Source of the DNA: Candidatus Latescibacterota bacterium
GTDB taxonomy: Bacteria > Latescibacterota > UBA2968 > UBA8231
Assembly: GCA_965221775.1 (NCBI GenBank)
Contig: CBDCSU010000005.1
Coordinates: forward strand, 192,001 to 256,000
Reading direction: 5' to 3'
Length of the DNA stretch: 64,000 nt
Shown here: in pieces, positions 39,116 to 47,858 of the stretch
Layout: every line of letters begins with the position of its first letter
Numbering within the stretch: position 1 is the first letter of the stretch
Program-made: the position numbers and the translations under genes
The notes under the pieces: generated by a model
What the model was told of the DNA's origin: nothing
What the model saw: only the letters and a program-made list of their open reading frames with translations
Databases searched by the model: none

Positions 39116-41299
39116 ATGAGCCCCCGCCTGCCGCCGGTCCCGAGGCCGTCCCTGCGGGGCGTCTGCAGGATCGCCGCCGTGTGCCTCGCCTGCCTGTTTC
39201 TCTACGCGGCGGGCTTCGGCGCGGTCTACCTCCTGTTCAGCGACAACCTGCCCGACATCGACGAGCTGGAGACCTTCCAGCCCAAGCGGGTCACCCGCGT
39301 CTACTCGGCCGACGGCCGCCACCTGTACGACTTCAAGCTGGAGAACCGCGAGCTGATCCGCAGCTTCGACGAGATCCCCGCGGCGATGAAGGATGCCCTG
39401 ATCTCGGTGGAGGACCGCCGCTTCTTCAGCCACTGGGGCATCGACCTGCACCGCATCCTCGGGGCCGTCCTGGAGAACGTGAAGCGCAGGGATCCCACCG
39501 CCCAGGGGGCCAGCACCCTCACCCAGCAGCTGGCCCGCAACCTCTACCGGAAGGTCGGCACGCAGCGCTCATCGGAATCCGTCGGGGACCTCCTCGCCAC
39601 CTACGCCCGCAAGATCCGCGAGCAGATCACCGCGGTCCACGTGGAGCGGCTCTACACCAAGCGCGAGATCCTGGTGATGTACCTCAACACCGTGTTCTTC
39701 GGGTACGACGCCTACGGCCTGAAGTCGGCGGCGCGCCTGTACTTCGACAAGGAGGCCGGCGAGCTGGAGGTGGAGGAGTGCGCCATGCTCGCGGGCCTGC
39801 TGAAGGCGCCGAACAGCTACAGCCCCTTCAACCACCCGGAGAAGGCCCTCGGCCGCCGCAATCTCGTGCTGGAGGAGATGGTCAAGGCGGGGAAGCTCGA
39901 CGCCGAAGAGGCCGAACGCCTGTCGCGGGAGCCGGCCCGCATCCGCCGCGGGCGCCGCTCCGAGACCTACGGGCTGGCCCCCTACTTCGTGGAGTTCGTC
40001 CGCCAGCAACTGGACGCCGAGCACGGCGGCAAGCTCTACCGCGAGGGCTACTCGGTGCACACCACCCTCGACGCCACCCTGCAACGCATCGCCGAGGAGC
40101 ACTTCAACACCCAGATCGCCGCGGTCCAGGCCAAGGTCGACGCCTGGGTGGCGCGGCAGGCCCCGGCCCACCGTCCCGACAGCGACCGGGCCGTCGTGCA
40201 AGGCGCCTTCATCGCCATCGATCCGGCCACCGGCGACATCCTGGCGATGATCGGAGGCCGGGACTTCTCGGAGAGCAAGTTCAACCGGGCCCACCAGGCC
40301 CTGCGCCAGGCGGGCTCCGCCTTCAAGCCCTTCGTCTACACCGCGGCGATCGACAACAACCGCTTCCCCATCGACGTCTACGACGACAACTCCATCGTCG
40401 TCGAGGAATGGGACGGCACCATCTGGACCCCCGAGAACTACGATCACAAGTTCAAGGGCCCCGTCACCCTCCGCCAGGGTCTCAAGGAGTCGCGCAACAT
40501 CATCGCCCTGAAGCTGGCCCAGGACCTCGGCCCCGACCGGGTGGCCCAATACGCCGAGACCATGGGCATCAGCACGCCGATCGACCCGTACTACGCCATC
40601 GGCATCGGCTCGAGCGACGTCAGGCTCCTGGACATGGTGGCCGCCTACTCGGTCTTTCCCAACCGCGGGATCTACGTCAGGCCGGTCCCCGTCTCCCGGA
40701 TCGAGGACTCCGAGGGCAGCGTCATCTTCGAGTCGAGCCCGGAGCGGCACGCGGTGCTGCGTCCGGCCGTGGCCGTGGTCATGACCGACCTGATGCGCTC
40801 GGTGATGGACGAGTTCGGCGGCACCGGCCGCTCGGCTCGCTTCCGCCACGGCTTCCGCTGGGCGGCGGCCGGCAAGACGGGTACCACCAACGACTACCGC
40901 GACGCCTGGTTCCTCGGCTTCACGCCCCACCTGGTGGCCGGCGTCTGGGTCGGTGTCGACGATCCCAGCATCGGACTGGCCTCCCAGGCCGGCGCCGCCG
41001 CCGCCCTGCCGGTCTGGGCCCGCTTCATGAAGCAGGTCTACGACGAGGTCGAGCCCTACCGCGGGCGGCGCCGCGACCGGTTCGAGTTCCCGGAGGCGCT
41101 GGTGGAGTTCCGCTCCGTGTGCATGGACACGTACAAGCTGGCGACGCGCTACTGTCCGAACCGGTCGAAGGAGCGCGACCCCGACGTGATCAGACGCCAG
41201 CAGGAGGATCCCGAGATCTTCATCCGCGGAGGCGCCATGCCGGAGCCCTGCCCCCGCCACGGCGTCGACTCCGGCGGACGGCGGCGGCGGCGGTTCTGA
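39116..41299 (+). CDS. Penicillin-binding protein 1A (transglycosylase/transpeptidase)
   Basis: EDRRFFSHWG, GASTLTQQ, RKIRE, YLN, SAFK, SRN, KTGT. Confidence 0.93.
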   Translation: MSPRLPPVPRPSLRGVCRIAAVCLACLFLYAAGFGAVYLLFSDNLPDIDELETFQPKRVTRVYSADGRHLYDFKLENRELIRSFDEIPAAMKDALISVEDRRFFSHWGIDLHRILGAVLENVKRRDPTAQGASTLTQQLARNLYRKVGTQRSSESVGDLLATYARKIREQITAVHVERLYTKREILVMYLNTVFFGYDAYGLKSAARLYFDKEAGELEVEECAMLAGLLKAPNSYSPFNHPEKALGRRNLVLEEMVKAGKLDAEEAERLSREPARIRRGRRSETYGLAPYFVEFVRQQLDAEHGGKLYREGYSVHTTLDATLQRIAEEHFNTQIAAVQAKVDAWVARQAPAHRPDSDRAVVQGAFIAIDPATGDILAMIGGRDFSESKFNRAHQALRQAGSAFKPFVYTAAIDNNRFPIDVYDDNSIVVEEWDGTIWTPENYDHKFKGPVTLRQGLKESRNIIALKLAQDLGPDRVAQYAETMGISTPIDPYYAIGIGSSDVRLLDMVAAYSVFPNRGIYVRPVPVSRIEDSEGSVIFESSPERHAVLRPAVAVVMTDLMRSVMDEFGGTGRSARFRHGFRWAAAGKTGTTNDYRDAWFLGFTPHLVAGVWVGVDDPSIGLASQAGAAAALPVWARFMKQVYDEVEPYRGRRRDRFEFPEALVEFRSVCMDTYKLATRYCPNRSKERDPDVIRRQQEDPEIFIRGGAMPEPCPRHGVDSGGRRRRRF

Positions 41300-41309
41300 A
41301 CCGAAGGAG

Positions 41310-43016
41310 TCAGGGAGCGAAGAAGATGAACAGCAGGCCGCCCACGATCGCCCCGGACAGGCCGAGCTCCAGGTAGCGGTGGTCCGCCTCGACCCGTGAC
41401 TGGGGGAATCCGTCGCCGGAGCTCAGCCAGCCGGCCGGCTGGGAGACGGCCGGGTCCCTGATACGGCCCTCCAGCCGATGGACCCACAGCACCCGCTCGC
41501 CGGCGTCCTCGAGGCGCAGGTAGACGACGGCGCGGGCCTCGCGACCCAGGGCGCCTCCGAAGGGTCCGAAGGACAATCCCCCCGAGCTGTAGACGACGCG
41601 GGCGTCGGCGACGCGGTAGCGCAGCACGTGGACGGCGCCGCCGGTCAGCACGCGCACCCCTCGACTCAGCAGGCCCCGTGTCAGCAGGCCTTCCACCACC
41701 CAGTCGGCATCGTCCTCCTCGGCGCTGACCAGGCTCACCGTGGAGCCTCTGGGCAAGGGGATGTCGTCGAGGACGCTCTCCAACTCGGCGGCCAGTCCCT
41801 GGTCCACGAGCTCGAGGTCGGTGACCTCCGCCAGCAGCCCTCCCCTCGGCCCCTCCGGGGCTGCAACCCTAACCACCGAGAGGCCGAGATCCACGGCGCC
41901 CTCGCGCGCCGGAGGCCGGAACCCCCCGGTCCAGGCGAAGGGCCCGGTGCCGGTGGGCCGCAGATCCAGCTCCACCGACCGATCCTCGCCCGCGGCCAGC
42001 TCTCCGGGGCCGGGGACCCGGACCTCCACGGCTCGCTCCTCGATGTCGACCTGCACCCCGGAAACGCCGGGAGCCCCCTCCAGGGCCTCGAAGCCGGCGG
42101 AGGCCCGGGCGGCGAGCTCCTCGTAGGGAATCGCGGTGGGGCCCGGATTCGACCAGACCAGCCTCAGCCGGAGGGGTTCGCCCCGCACCGCCTCGCCCTC
42201 GGCCACGTGGGCCGCGAAGTCGGGCACCGGCCGCACCCCCAGGGGCGCCACCGCCACCGGAGAGGCCCGGAGTCCGCCGCCCTCGGCGCGGATCACCAGG
42301 GGGAGGGCGCCGTCCGCGCCCGGCTCCAGGCGGACCTGCCAGCGGTGTTCAGAGGTCTCTCCCGCCCCGACCGGCGGCCCCGGGTCCGCCTCGGCTGCGG
42401 TGAGGCCCGCCGGCCAGTCCACCGTCAGGGCTTCGACAGTGCGGTCGTCTTCGTTGGTCACGGACAGGACCAGCTCCACATCCTCGCCGGGGAAGGCCTC
42501 CCGCGGGCTCAGGGCAGCGCGCAGACGCAGGGGCGGCACGACGGACAGCACCGCCCGGGCGCGATGGGCCTCCTGCCCGGGGGTGTCTACATTGGACGAC
42601 AGGGTCGCCTCCACCGGGACCGGCCCGATGGAGGCGGCGCGCAGGACCACCGTGAGGGTGTCGCTGGATCTCTCGCCGACGGGATGCCCGGTGTAGTCGA
42701 GGTCGACGCGGCCGTCCGCGACCTCGGCGCGCCCCAGGGCGCAGACGGCGGACTCGACCTGCACGCTCCCCCGGGGGAAGGAGACCGCCGCTCCGATGAC
42801 CGCCTCCCCGTCCCCGGGGAACAGGTCGAGGACCAACTCCGCCCGCTGCTCGAGACCGGGACCGGCCACCGGGGCCCCGAACCTGGCCGTCAGGCTCGAC
42901 CGGGCCTCGGCGGCGGAGGCCGTCACGGCAAGGGCCAGGAGGATCGAGAGGCCCGTCCCGCGGGCTCGCGGGAGGGCCGCGAGGGGGCCTGGAAGGTATC
43001 TGTGCAATTCGCCCAA
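41310..43016 (-). CDS. Secreted multi-Ig-like-domain hypothetical protein with C-terminal membrane anchor
   Basis: Signal-like segment LSILLALAVTASAAEA; PGEDVELVLSVTN Ig-like motif; terminal hydrophobic LGLSGAIVGGLLFIFFAP. Confidence 0.6.
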   Translation of the reverse strand: MGELHRYLPGPLAALPRARGTGLSILLALAVTASAAEARSSLTARFGAPVAGPGLEQRAELVLDLFPGDGEAVIGAAVSFPRGSVQVESAVCALGRAEVADGRVDLDYTGHPVGERSSDTLTVVLRAASIGPVPVEATLSSNVDTPGQEAHRARAVLSVVPPLRLRAALSPREAFPGEDVELVLSVTNEDDRTVEALTVDWPAGLTAAEADPGPPVGAGETSEHRWQVRLEPGADGALPLVIRAEGGGLRASPVAVAPLGVRPVPDFAAHVAEGEAVRGEPLRLRLVWSNPGPTAIPYEELAARASAGFEALEGAPGVSGVQVDIEERAVEVRVPGPGELAAGEDRSVELDLRPTGTGPFAWTGGFRPPAREGAVDLGLSVVRVAAPEGPRGGLLAEVTDLELVDQGLAAELESVLDDIPLPRGSTVSLVSAEEDDADWVVEGLLTRGLLSRGVRVLTGGAVHVLRYRVADARVVYSSGGLSFGPFGGALGREARAVVYLRLEDAGERVLWVHRLEGRIRDPAVSQPAGWLSSGDGFPQSRVEADHRYLELGLSGAIVGGLLFIFFAP

Positions 43017-43104
43017 CCTGCTTTTCCTGCTTGTACTTGCGAAGATCGGTAGAGTTACGGGCGCGGTTCCCGGCTGTCAAGAGACGGGGGCCGCGGGGAT
43101 CACC

Positions 43105-43132
43105 TTGACGCCTCCCCGGATGGGGGTAGCTT
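43105..43132 (+). promoter_or_regulatory. Candidate promoter for the ytfI/ytfJ-like pair
   Basis: TTGACG-16 nt-TAGCTT; a divergent TTGACA lies at 43075-43080 on the minus strand. Confidence 0.45.
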
Positions 43133-43215
43133 CTCGCATGAGGACTGAGGAACTCTCGCGAAGGTTCCGCGTTGCCCGCTCCCGGGGGTGAGCCGTCATC
43201 TGGCCGGATCTCCTG

Positions 43216-43926
43216 ATGCTGCTGGCGGCCGGGCTCGCACTGGCCGCCATCGCCTTCCTGCTGCTCCCGGTCGTGGTCGCCGTCACCGGCGCGCGCCGGC
43301 ACGAGGACGGCGGTTTCGACATGAGCGCCCAGGCGGCGGCCTGGGCCGGGTTGCTCGGCGTCCGGCTGCGGCGGCGCGATCCCTCGTGGGAGCTGGTGCC
43401 AACCCTCGCCGGGCGTGCCGTCGGCCCGGGGATGCGGCTGGGGCAACCGGAGGTCCAGGCCGGGGCGGCAGGCATCCCCGCCGCCGAAGCCCCGGCGGCG
43501 GCGGACGTCGCCGGAGGGCGAGGGCCGCGGATCGCCGCCGCCGGCCTCCGCGAGCGCCTCCGTTCCCAGTCCCCCCTCGCCAGGCCCGCGCTGCGCCTGG
43601 CGCGCTCCCTGCCCGGCGCCTTCCGCCTTCGCCGGATGCGCCTCGACGGCGTCGTCGGCCTTGCCGACCCCGAGGCCACGGGCCGGCTCTTCGGCCTCGT
43701 CCACGCCCTCGCGCCGGCGGCGCCGGAGAGAGTGGCCCTGACCCTCACGCCCGACTTCACCCACCCCTGTCTCCACGGCCGCGCCGAGGTCCGTCTGCAC
43801 CTCCGGCTGGCGCGCCTGCTCTACATGGCCGCTCGCTTCGGCCTCGCCGCCGGACGGGTCCGGGCCGCGGCCCGGCTGCGCTCCTGGCTGGCGGCCCGGG
43901 GCGCCGGACGGAAAGGAAACCGATGA
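43216..43926 (+). CDS. DUF2953 (YtfI-like) membrane-anchored protein
   Basis: N-terminal TM; GLADPEATGRLFG and TPDF motifs; lies before ytfJ. Confidence 0.7.
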   Translation: MLLAAGLALAAIAFLLLPVVVAVTGARRHEDGGFDMSAQAAAWAGLLGVRLRRRDPSWELVPTLAGRAVGPGMRLGQPEVQAGAAGIPAAEAPAAADVAGGRGPRIAAAGLRERLRSQSPLARPALRLARSLPGAFRLRRMRLDGVVGLADPEATGRLFGLVHALAPAAPERVALTLTPDFTHPCLHGRAEVRLHLRLARLLYMAARFGLAAGRVRAAARLRSWLAARGAGRKGNR

Positions 43927-44324
43927 CATCCTCCGTGGAGGCCCTGATCGAGCGGGTCCTGGGAGAGCTGCACACCATCGTCCAGACCCGCACCGTCGTC
44001 GGCGAGCCGGTCACGGCCGGTGAGGTGACCCTGATCCCGGTCTCCAGGATCTCCCTGGGATTCGGCGCCGGCGGCGGCCAGGAGGGCAGCGGCAGGAGCG
44101 GCACCGGCGGCGGCGCCTCGGTCGAGCCCATCGGTTTCGTCGTCATCGACGCCAGGGGCAAGGTGCAGGTCCTGACGCTGAAGGAGAAGGAAGTCAGCTG
44201 GGGCCAGCTCGTGGAGCTGGTGCCCGAAGCCGTCTCCAAGGTCCGGGAGTTCGTCGAGCGCCGACGCGGCGACGACGAGGAAGGGGGGGAGGAGGAGGAC
44301 GTGGACGAGGGGAAGGACCGCTGA
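43923..44324 (+). CDS. GerW/YtfJ-family protein
   Basis: TVVGEPV...TLIPVSRISLGFGAGGG...GGGASVEPIGFVVI; ATGA coupling. Confidence 0.88.
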   Translation: MTSSVEALIERVLGELHTIVQTRTVVGEPVTAGEVTLIPVSRISLGFGAGGGQEGSGRSGTGGGASVEPIGFVVIDARGKVQVLTLKEKEVSWGQLVELVPEAVSKVREFVERRRGDDEEGGEEEDVDEGKDR

Positions 44325-44359
44325 GAGGCCGCTGAAGGGCCGGGCCTGCGCCCGGGAGC

Positions 44360-44866
44360 CTACCGGGCGTCGCCCGGAAAGAGGCGGAAGCGACCGTCGA
44401 GGAGCAGGTGGGTGTACCAGCCGGCCAGGGCCGCCCCGAGCAGCACGAGGTCGGCGGACGGGACCGAGGCGCCGGCGCTCGCCCACGCCGACGCCAGGTC
44501 TCCCCGCCACCACAGGCATCCCGCCCCCAGCGCGCCGGTGGCGAGGACGGGCGTCAGGCGCCCGTGAGTCCAGCCGCGGTGGTGATCGACGAGGGGCAGG
44601 GTCGAGAGCACGGCCAGGAGCGTCGCCATCTGCCAGAGGCCGTTCCACGCCAGCCACAGCAGCGCCGCCAGCACACCCCGGTAGAACCAGCGCCGCGGCA
44701 GCGAATCGGTGTCGACATCCGGAAAGAGGGCGAAGAACAGGGTGGTTGCGAAGACCGCCCACCACACCGGATCGGCCGCCCCGGGGATGGCGCCGGCGGC
44801 CCCCGCCGTCCCGGCCACGGCGGCGCCGGCGAGGCAGCCTCCGGCCAGGTGGCCGGCCGCCTTCAC
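44360..44866 (-). CDS. Membrane metal-dependent hydrolase (YdjM/DUF2227-like)
   Basis: N-terminal His, FPDVD, HRGWTH, THLLLD; GTGA coupling to rlmN. Confidence 0.78.
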   Translation of the reverse strand: MKAAGHLAGGCLAGAAVAGTAGAAGAIPGAADPVWWAVFATTLFFALFPDVDTDSLPRRWFYRGVLAALLWLAWNGLWQMATLLAVLSTLPLVDHHRGWTHGRLTPVLATGALGAGCLWWRGDLASAWASAGASVPSADLVLLGAALAGWYTHLLLDGRFRLFPGDAR

Positions 44867-45999
44867 GTGGGGCGGCGGTAGAGCTGCCCGCAGGCCGCGT
44901 CGATGTCGCGGCCCCGGCTCTCCCGCAGGCGGACGGTCCGCTTCGTCCGCGATTCCAGGCGGCGCCGGAAGGCCTCGATCCGCTTCCTCCCAGGTCGGCG
45001 AAAGACCGGCGCCTCCGGGTCCCCGGGGGCCAGCTCGTTGTAGGGGATCAGGTTGATCTTGCAGGGCACCTCGGCCGTCAGCTCCGCCAGGCGCACGGCG
45101 TCTTCCTCGGTGTCGGTGACGCCGCGCAACAGCACGTACTCGAAGGTGACCCTGCGGCCCTGCCGGTGGAAGTAGTAGCGCGCCGCCTCCAGCAGGTCGG
45201 CGATGGTCCACTTGCGGTTGATCGGCATCAGCCCCTCCCGGACCTCGTCGGTGGTGGCGTTGAGGGAGATCGCCAGGCCGACGTTGAGATCGTCCTCTGC
45301 CAGCCGGCGGATCCCCGGCAGGTACCCCGCCGTGGAGACGGTGATGCGCCGGCCGCCGACGGAGGCGCCCCCGGGCCGCTGGATCAGCCTCAGGGCGGTG
45401 GTGACGGCGTCGTAGTTCAGCAGGGGTTCCCCCATGCCCATCATGACGACGTTGGTGATCCGTCCGAGGCCTTCGGCGGCAGCGGCGGCGTGCACCTGCA
45501 GCAGCTGGTCGACGATCTGCGCCGCCGTCAGGTTGCGGACGAAACCCATGCGCCCCGTGGCGCAGAAACTGCAGTCGAGGGGGCAGCCCACCTGAGAGGA
45601 CAGGCAGAGGGTGCGCCGCCGGCCGTCGAGGATGAGGACCGACTCGAACTGCGCCCCCTCCCCGTCGCCGAAGATGAACTTCACCGCCATCCCCGTGTCC
45701 GAATCGCGGCGCTCCAGCAGCTGCAGGCGGGTCACGCGGACCCCGGCCTCGGCCAGGGACCGGCGCAGGCGCAGGGGCAGGTTGGACATCGACTCCAGGC
45801 GGGTCTCCCCGCGTCCGTGGACCCAGGCGAAAAGCTGGTCGCCGCGGTACGCCGGCTCCCCCATCTCCACGGCCAAGTGCCGGAGTTGCTCCGGAAGCAG
45901 ACCCTTGAGATCGAGGGCTCCGGCGGGCCCGGGTGGAGTCACCGAGACCTCGGGAGGTTGGCCGGGGGACCGGTGGCTCTGGTGGCTTGACTCTCCCAT
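44863..45999 (-). CDS. rlmN: 23S rRNA m2A2503 / tRNA radical-SAM methyltransferase
   Basis: CLSSQVGCPLDCSFC, MGMGEP, FEYVLL, INLIPYN, DIDAACGQL. Confidence 0.95.
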   Translation of the reverse strand: MGESSHQSHRSPGQPPEVSVTPPGPAGALDLKGLLPEQLRHLAVEMGEPAYRGDQLFAWVHGRGETRLESMSNLPLRLRRSLAEAGVRVTRLQLLERRDSDTGMAVKFIFGDGEGAQFESVLILDGRRRTLCLSSQVGCPLDCSFCATGRMGFVRNLTAAQIVDQLLQVHAAAAAEGLGRITNVVMMGMGEPLLNYDAVTTALRLIQRPGGASVGGRRITVSTAGYLPGIRRLAEDDLNVGLAISLNATTDEVREGLMPINRKWTIADLLEAARYYFHRQGRRVTFEYVLLRGVTDTEEDAVRLAELTAEVPCKINLIPYNELAPGDPEAPVFRRPGRKRIEAFRRRLESRTKRTVRLRESRGRDIDAACGQLYRRPT

Positions 46000-46010
46000 G
46001 ACGCCTGTTT

Positions 46011-46038
46011 AGCATAGGAGACACCCCCATCTGGTCAA
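46011..46038 (-). promoter_or_regulatory. Candidate promoter for rlmN
   Basis: TTGACC-16 nt-TATGCT. Confidence 0.5.
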
Positions 46039-46082
46039 GCGCGGCCCCCTCCGCGTCTTCCCGCCCGAACTACTGGAGTCGC

Positions 46083-47375
46083 ATGAGCCTGCCGCCGCGC
46101 TCTTCTTTGGGGTTCTGGGGTTTCCTCACCGCTCTCACAGCCCTGACTCTCGTGCGCATCGACCTCCATGCGCGCCCCTCCGCCGTCTCCGAGCCCGGCC
46201 AAGGCCTGGCCGCCGCCGTCCCCGTCGCGGCCAGCCTCGCGGCGCCCGACCCGCACCGCCACGTCATCGCCGACACCCTGGGGCCGGACGAGTCGATCTA
46301 CCTGGCTCTCAAGCGGCACCGGGTTTCCGACCTCCAGATCACCCTCCTGAGCACCGCCCTGTCCCCGGTCTTCGAGGTGCGGAGAGACCCGAAGCCGGGC
46401 GACTACTTCCAACTGGAGCTGGACAGCCTGCGCGCCGTGGCCCGCTTCGAGTACACCCCGGTGAAGGCGCCGGACAGGCCCGTGCTGGTAGAGCGCCGGG
46501 CGGATGAGCTGATCGCCCGGCGGTGGCAGCGCCCGGTGACGGAGACCACCGAGACCCTTCGGGTCTTCATCGAGGACAACCTGTTCAACGCCATCGCCGC
46601 CACCGGGGAGAGCGATGCCCTCACCGACCTGGTGGTGGACGATGTCTTCGGCTCGGTCATCGACTTCCACACGGTTCCGCGCCACGGCGACCGTCTCGGC
46701 CTGGTATTCACGCGGCAGTCGGTGGACGGCCGGTTCCTGCGCTACGGGAAGATCCTCCTGGCCCACTACGAGGGCGAGTCTCTCTCCCGCGTCGGTCTCT
46801 ACTACGAGGACCCCACCGGCGCCGGCGACTACTACGACGAGTCCGGCGAGTCCCTCGAGCGCATGTTCCTCCTCAAGCCGATGTCCTTCCGCCGCATCAG
46901 CTCGCCCTTCTCCCGCCGCCGCTTCCATCCCATCCTCAAACGCTCCCTGCCCCACCTCGGCACCGACTACGCCGCCGCCCCCGGCACGCCCGTATGGTCG
47001 ACGGCCCACGGCGTGGTGACCCAGGCCGGCTGGAACGGCGGCTACGGCAAGATGGTCGAGATCAAGCACGCCAACGGCTACAGGACGCGCTACGCCCACC
47101 TGAGCCGCATCCTCGTGCGCAAGGGGCAGCGGGTGAGCAAGTCGGACCACGTGGGCCACGTGGGGGCCACCGGCCGCGCCACCGGCCCCCACCTCCACTA
47201 CGAGCTCATCCAGAACGGGCGGCACATCAACCCGTCCAGCGTCAACCGCGGCGGCGGGCGCCCCCTGGCCGCCGAGTACGGCCCCGCCTTCCAGGAGCAC
47301 TACCGAACCCTTCGGGAGCGTCTCGACAAGGCCGACGGTGCCATGGGGCCCCTGCTGGCCGCCAACGGTCCTTGA
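46083..47375 (+). CDS. M23 peptidoglycan DD-endopeptidase (MepM-like)
   Basis: RFHPIL, HLGTDYAA, YAHLS, ATGPHLHY. Confidence 0.9.
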   Translation: MSLPPRSSLGFWGFLTALTALTLVRIDLHARPSAVSEPGQGLAAAVPVAASLAAPDPHRHVIADTLGPDESIYLALKRHRVSDLQITLLSTALSPVFEVRRDPKPGDYFQLELDSLRAVARFEYTPVKAPDRPVLVERRADELIARRWQRPVTETTETLRVFIEDNLFNAIAATGESDALTDLVVDDVFGSVIDFHTVPRHGDRLGLVFTRQSVDGRFLRYGKILLAHYEGESLSRVGLYYEDPTGAGDYYDESGESLERMFLLKPMSFRRISSPFSRRRFHPILKRSLPHLGTDYAAAPGTPVWSTAHGVVTQAGWNGGYGKMVEIKHANGYRTRYAHLSRILVRKGQRVSKSDHVGHVGATGRATGPHLHYELIQNGRHINPSSVNRGGGRPLAAEYGPAFQEHYRTLRERLDKADGAMGPLLAANGP

Positions 47376-47447
47376 CAGCCGGGGGAGGGCCGTTGACTTT
47401 GGCCCTCCGAGCTGCCCCCGCACTGCCAACTCCGGACCCGACTCCAA

Positions 47448-47858
47448 GTGGACCAGGACTTCGACAAGCTGGAAGAGCTGGTCGACCGGGACCGCCGCTA
47501 CAAGCAGGCCGCCTACCTCTTCGTGCACGACGCTCTGCAGCACACCGTGGAAAAGCTCGGCAAGGCCGATCTGCCCCGGGACCAGCGCAACGTCTCGGGA
47601 CGCGACCTGGCCTTCGGCATCAGCGAGCACGCCCTCGACCGTTTCGGTCCCCTCGCCCGCTCGGTCTTCGAGCACTGGGGCATCCGCAAGACCCGCGACT
47701 TCGGAGAGATCGTCTTCAATCTGGTGGAGATCCAGAGCCTGAGAACCACCGAGGACGACCGCATCGAGGACTTCGACGACGTTTTCGATCTCGACGAGGA
47801 GCTGGACTGGAAGCGCCGGCGGGCCGAGTTCCGCCGCCCCCGGACCTCCGGCACGTGA
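47448..47858 (+). CDS. Minf_1886 / Planctomycetes-Verrucomicrobia conserved hypothetical protein family
   Basis: RYKQAAYLFV..AL, VSGRDL, FGPLA..V..HWGI..T.DFGEIVFNLV. Confidence 0.75.
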   Translation: MDQDFDKLEELVDRDRRYKQAAYLFVHDALQHTVEKLGKADLPRDQRNVSGRDLAFGISEHALDRFGPLARSVFEHWGIRKTRDFGEIVFNLVEIQSLRTTEDDRIEDFDDVFDLDEELDWKRRRAEFRRPRTSGT

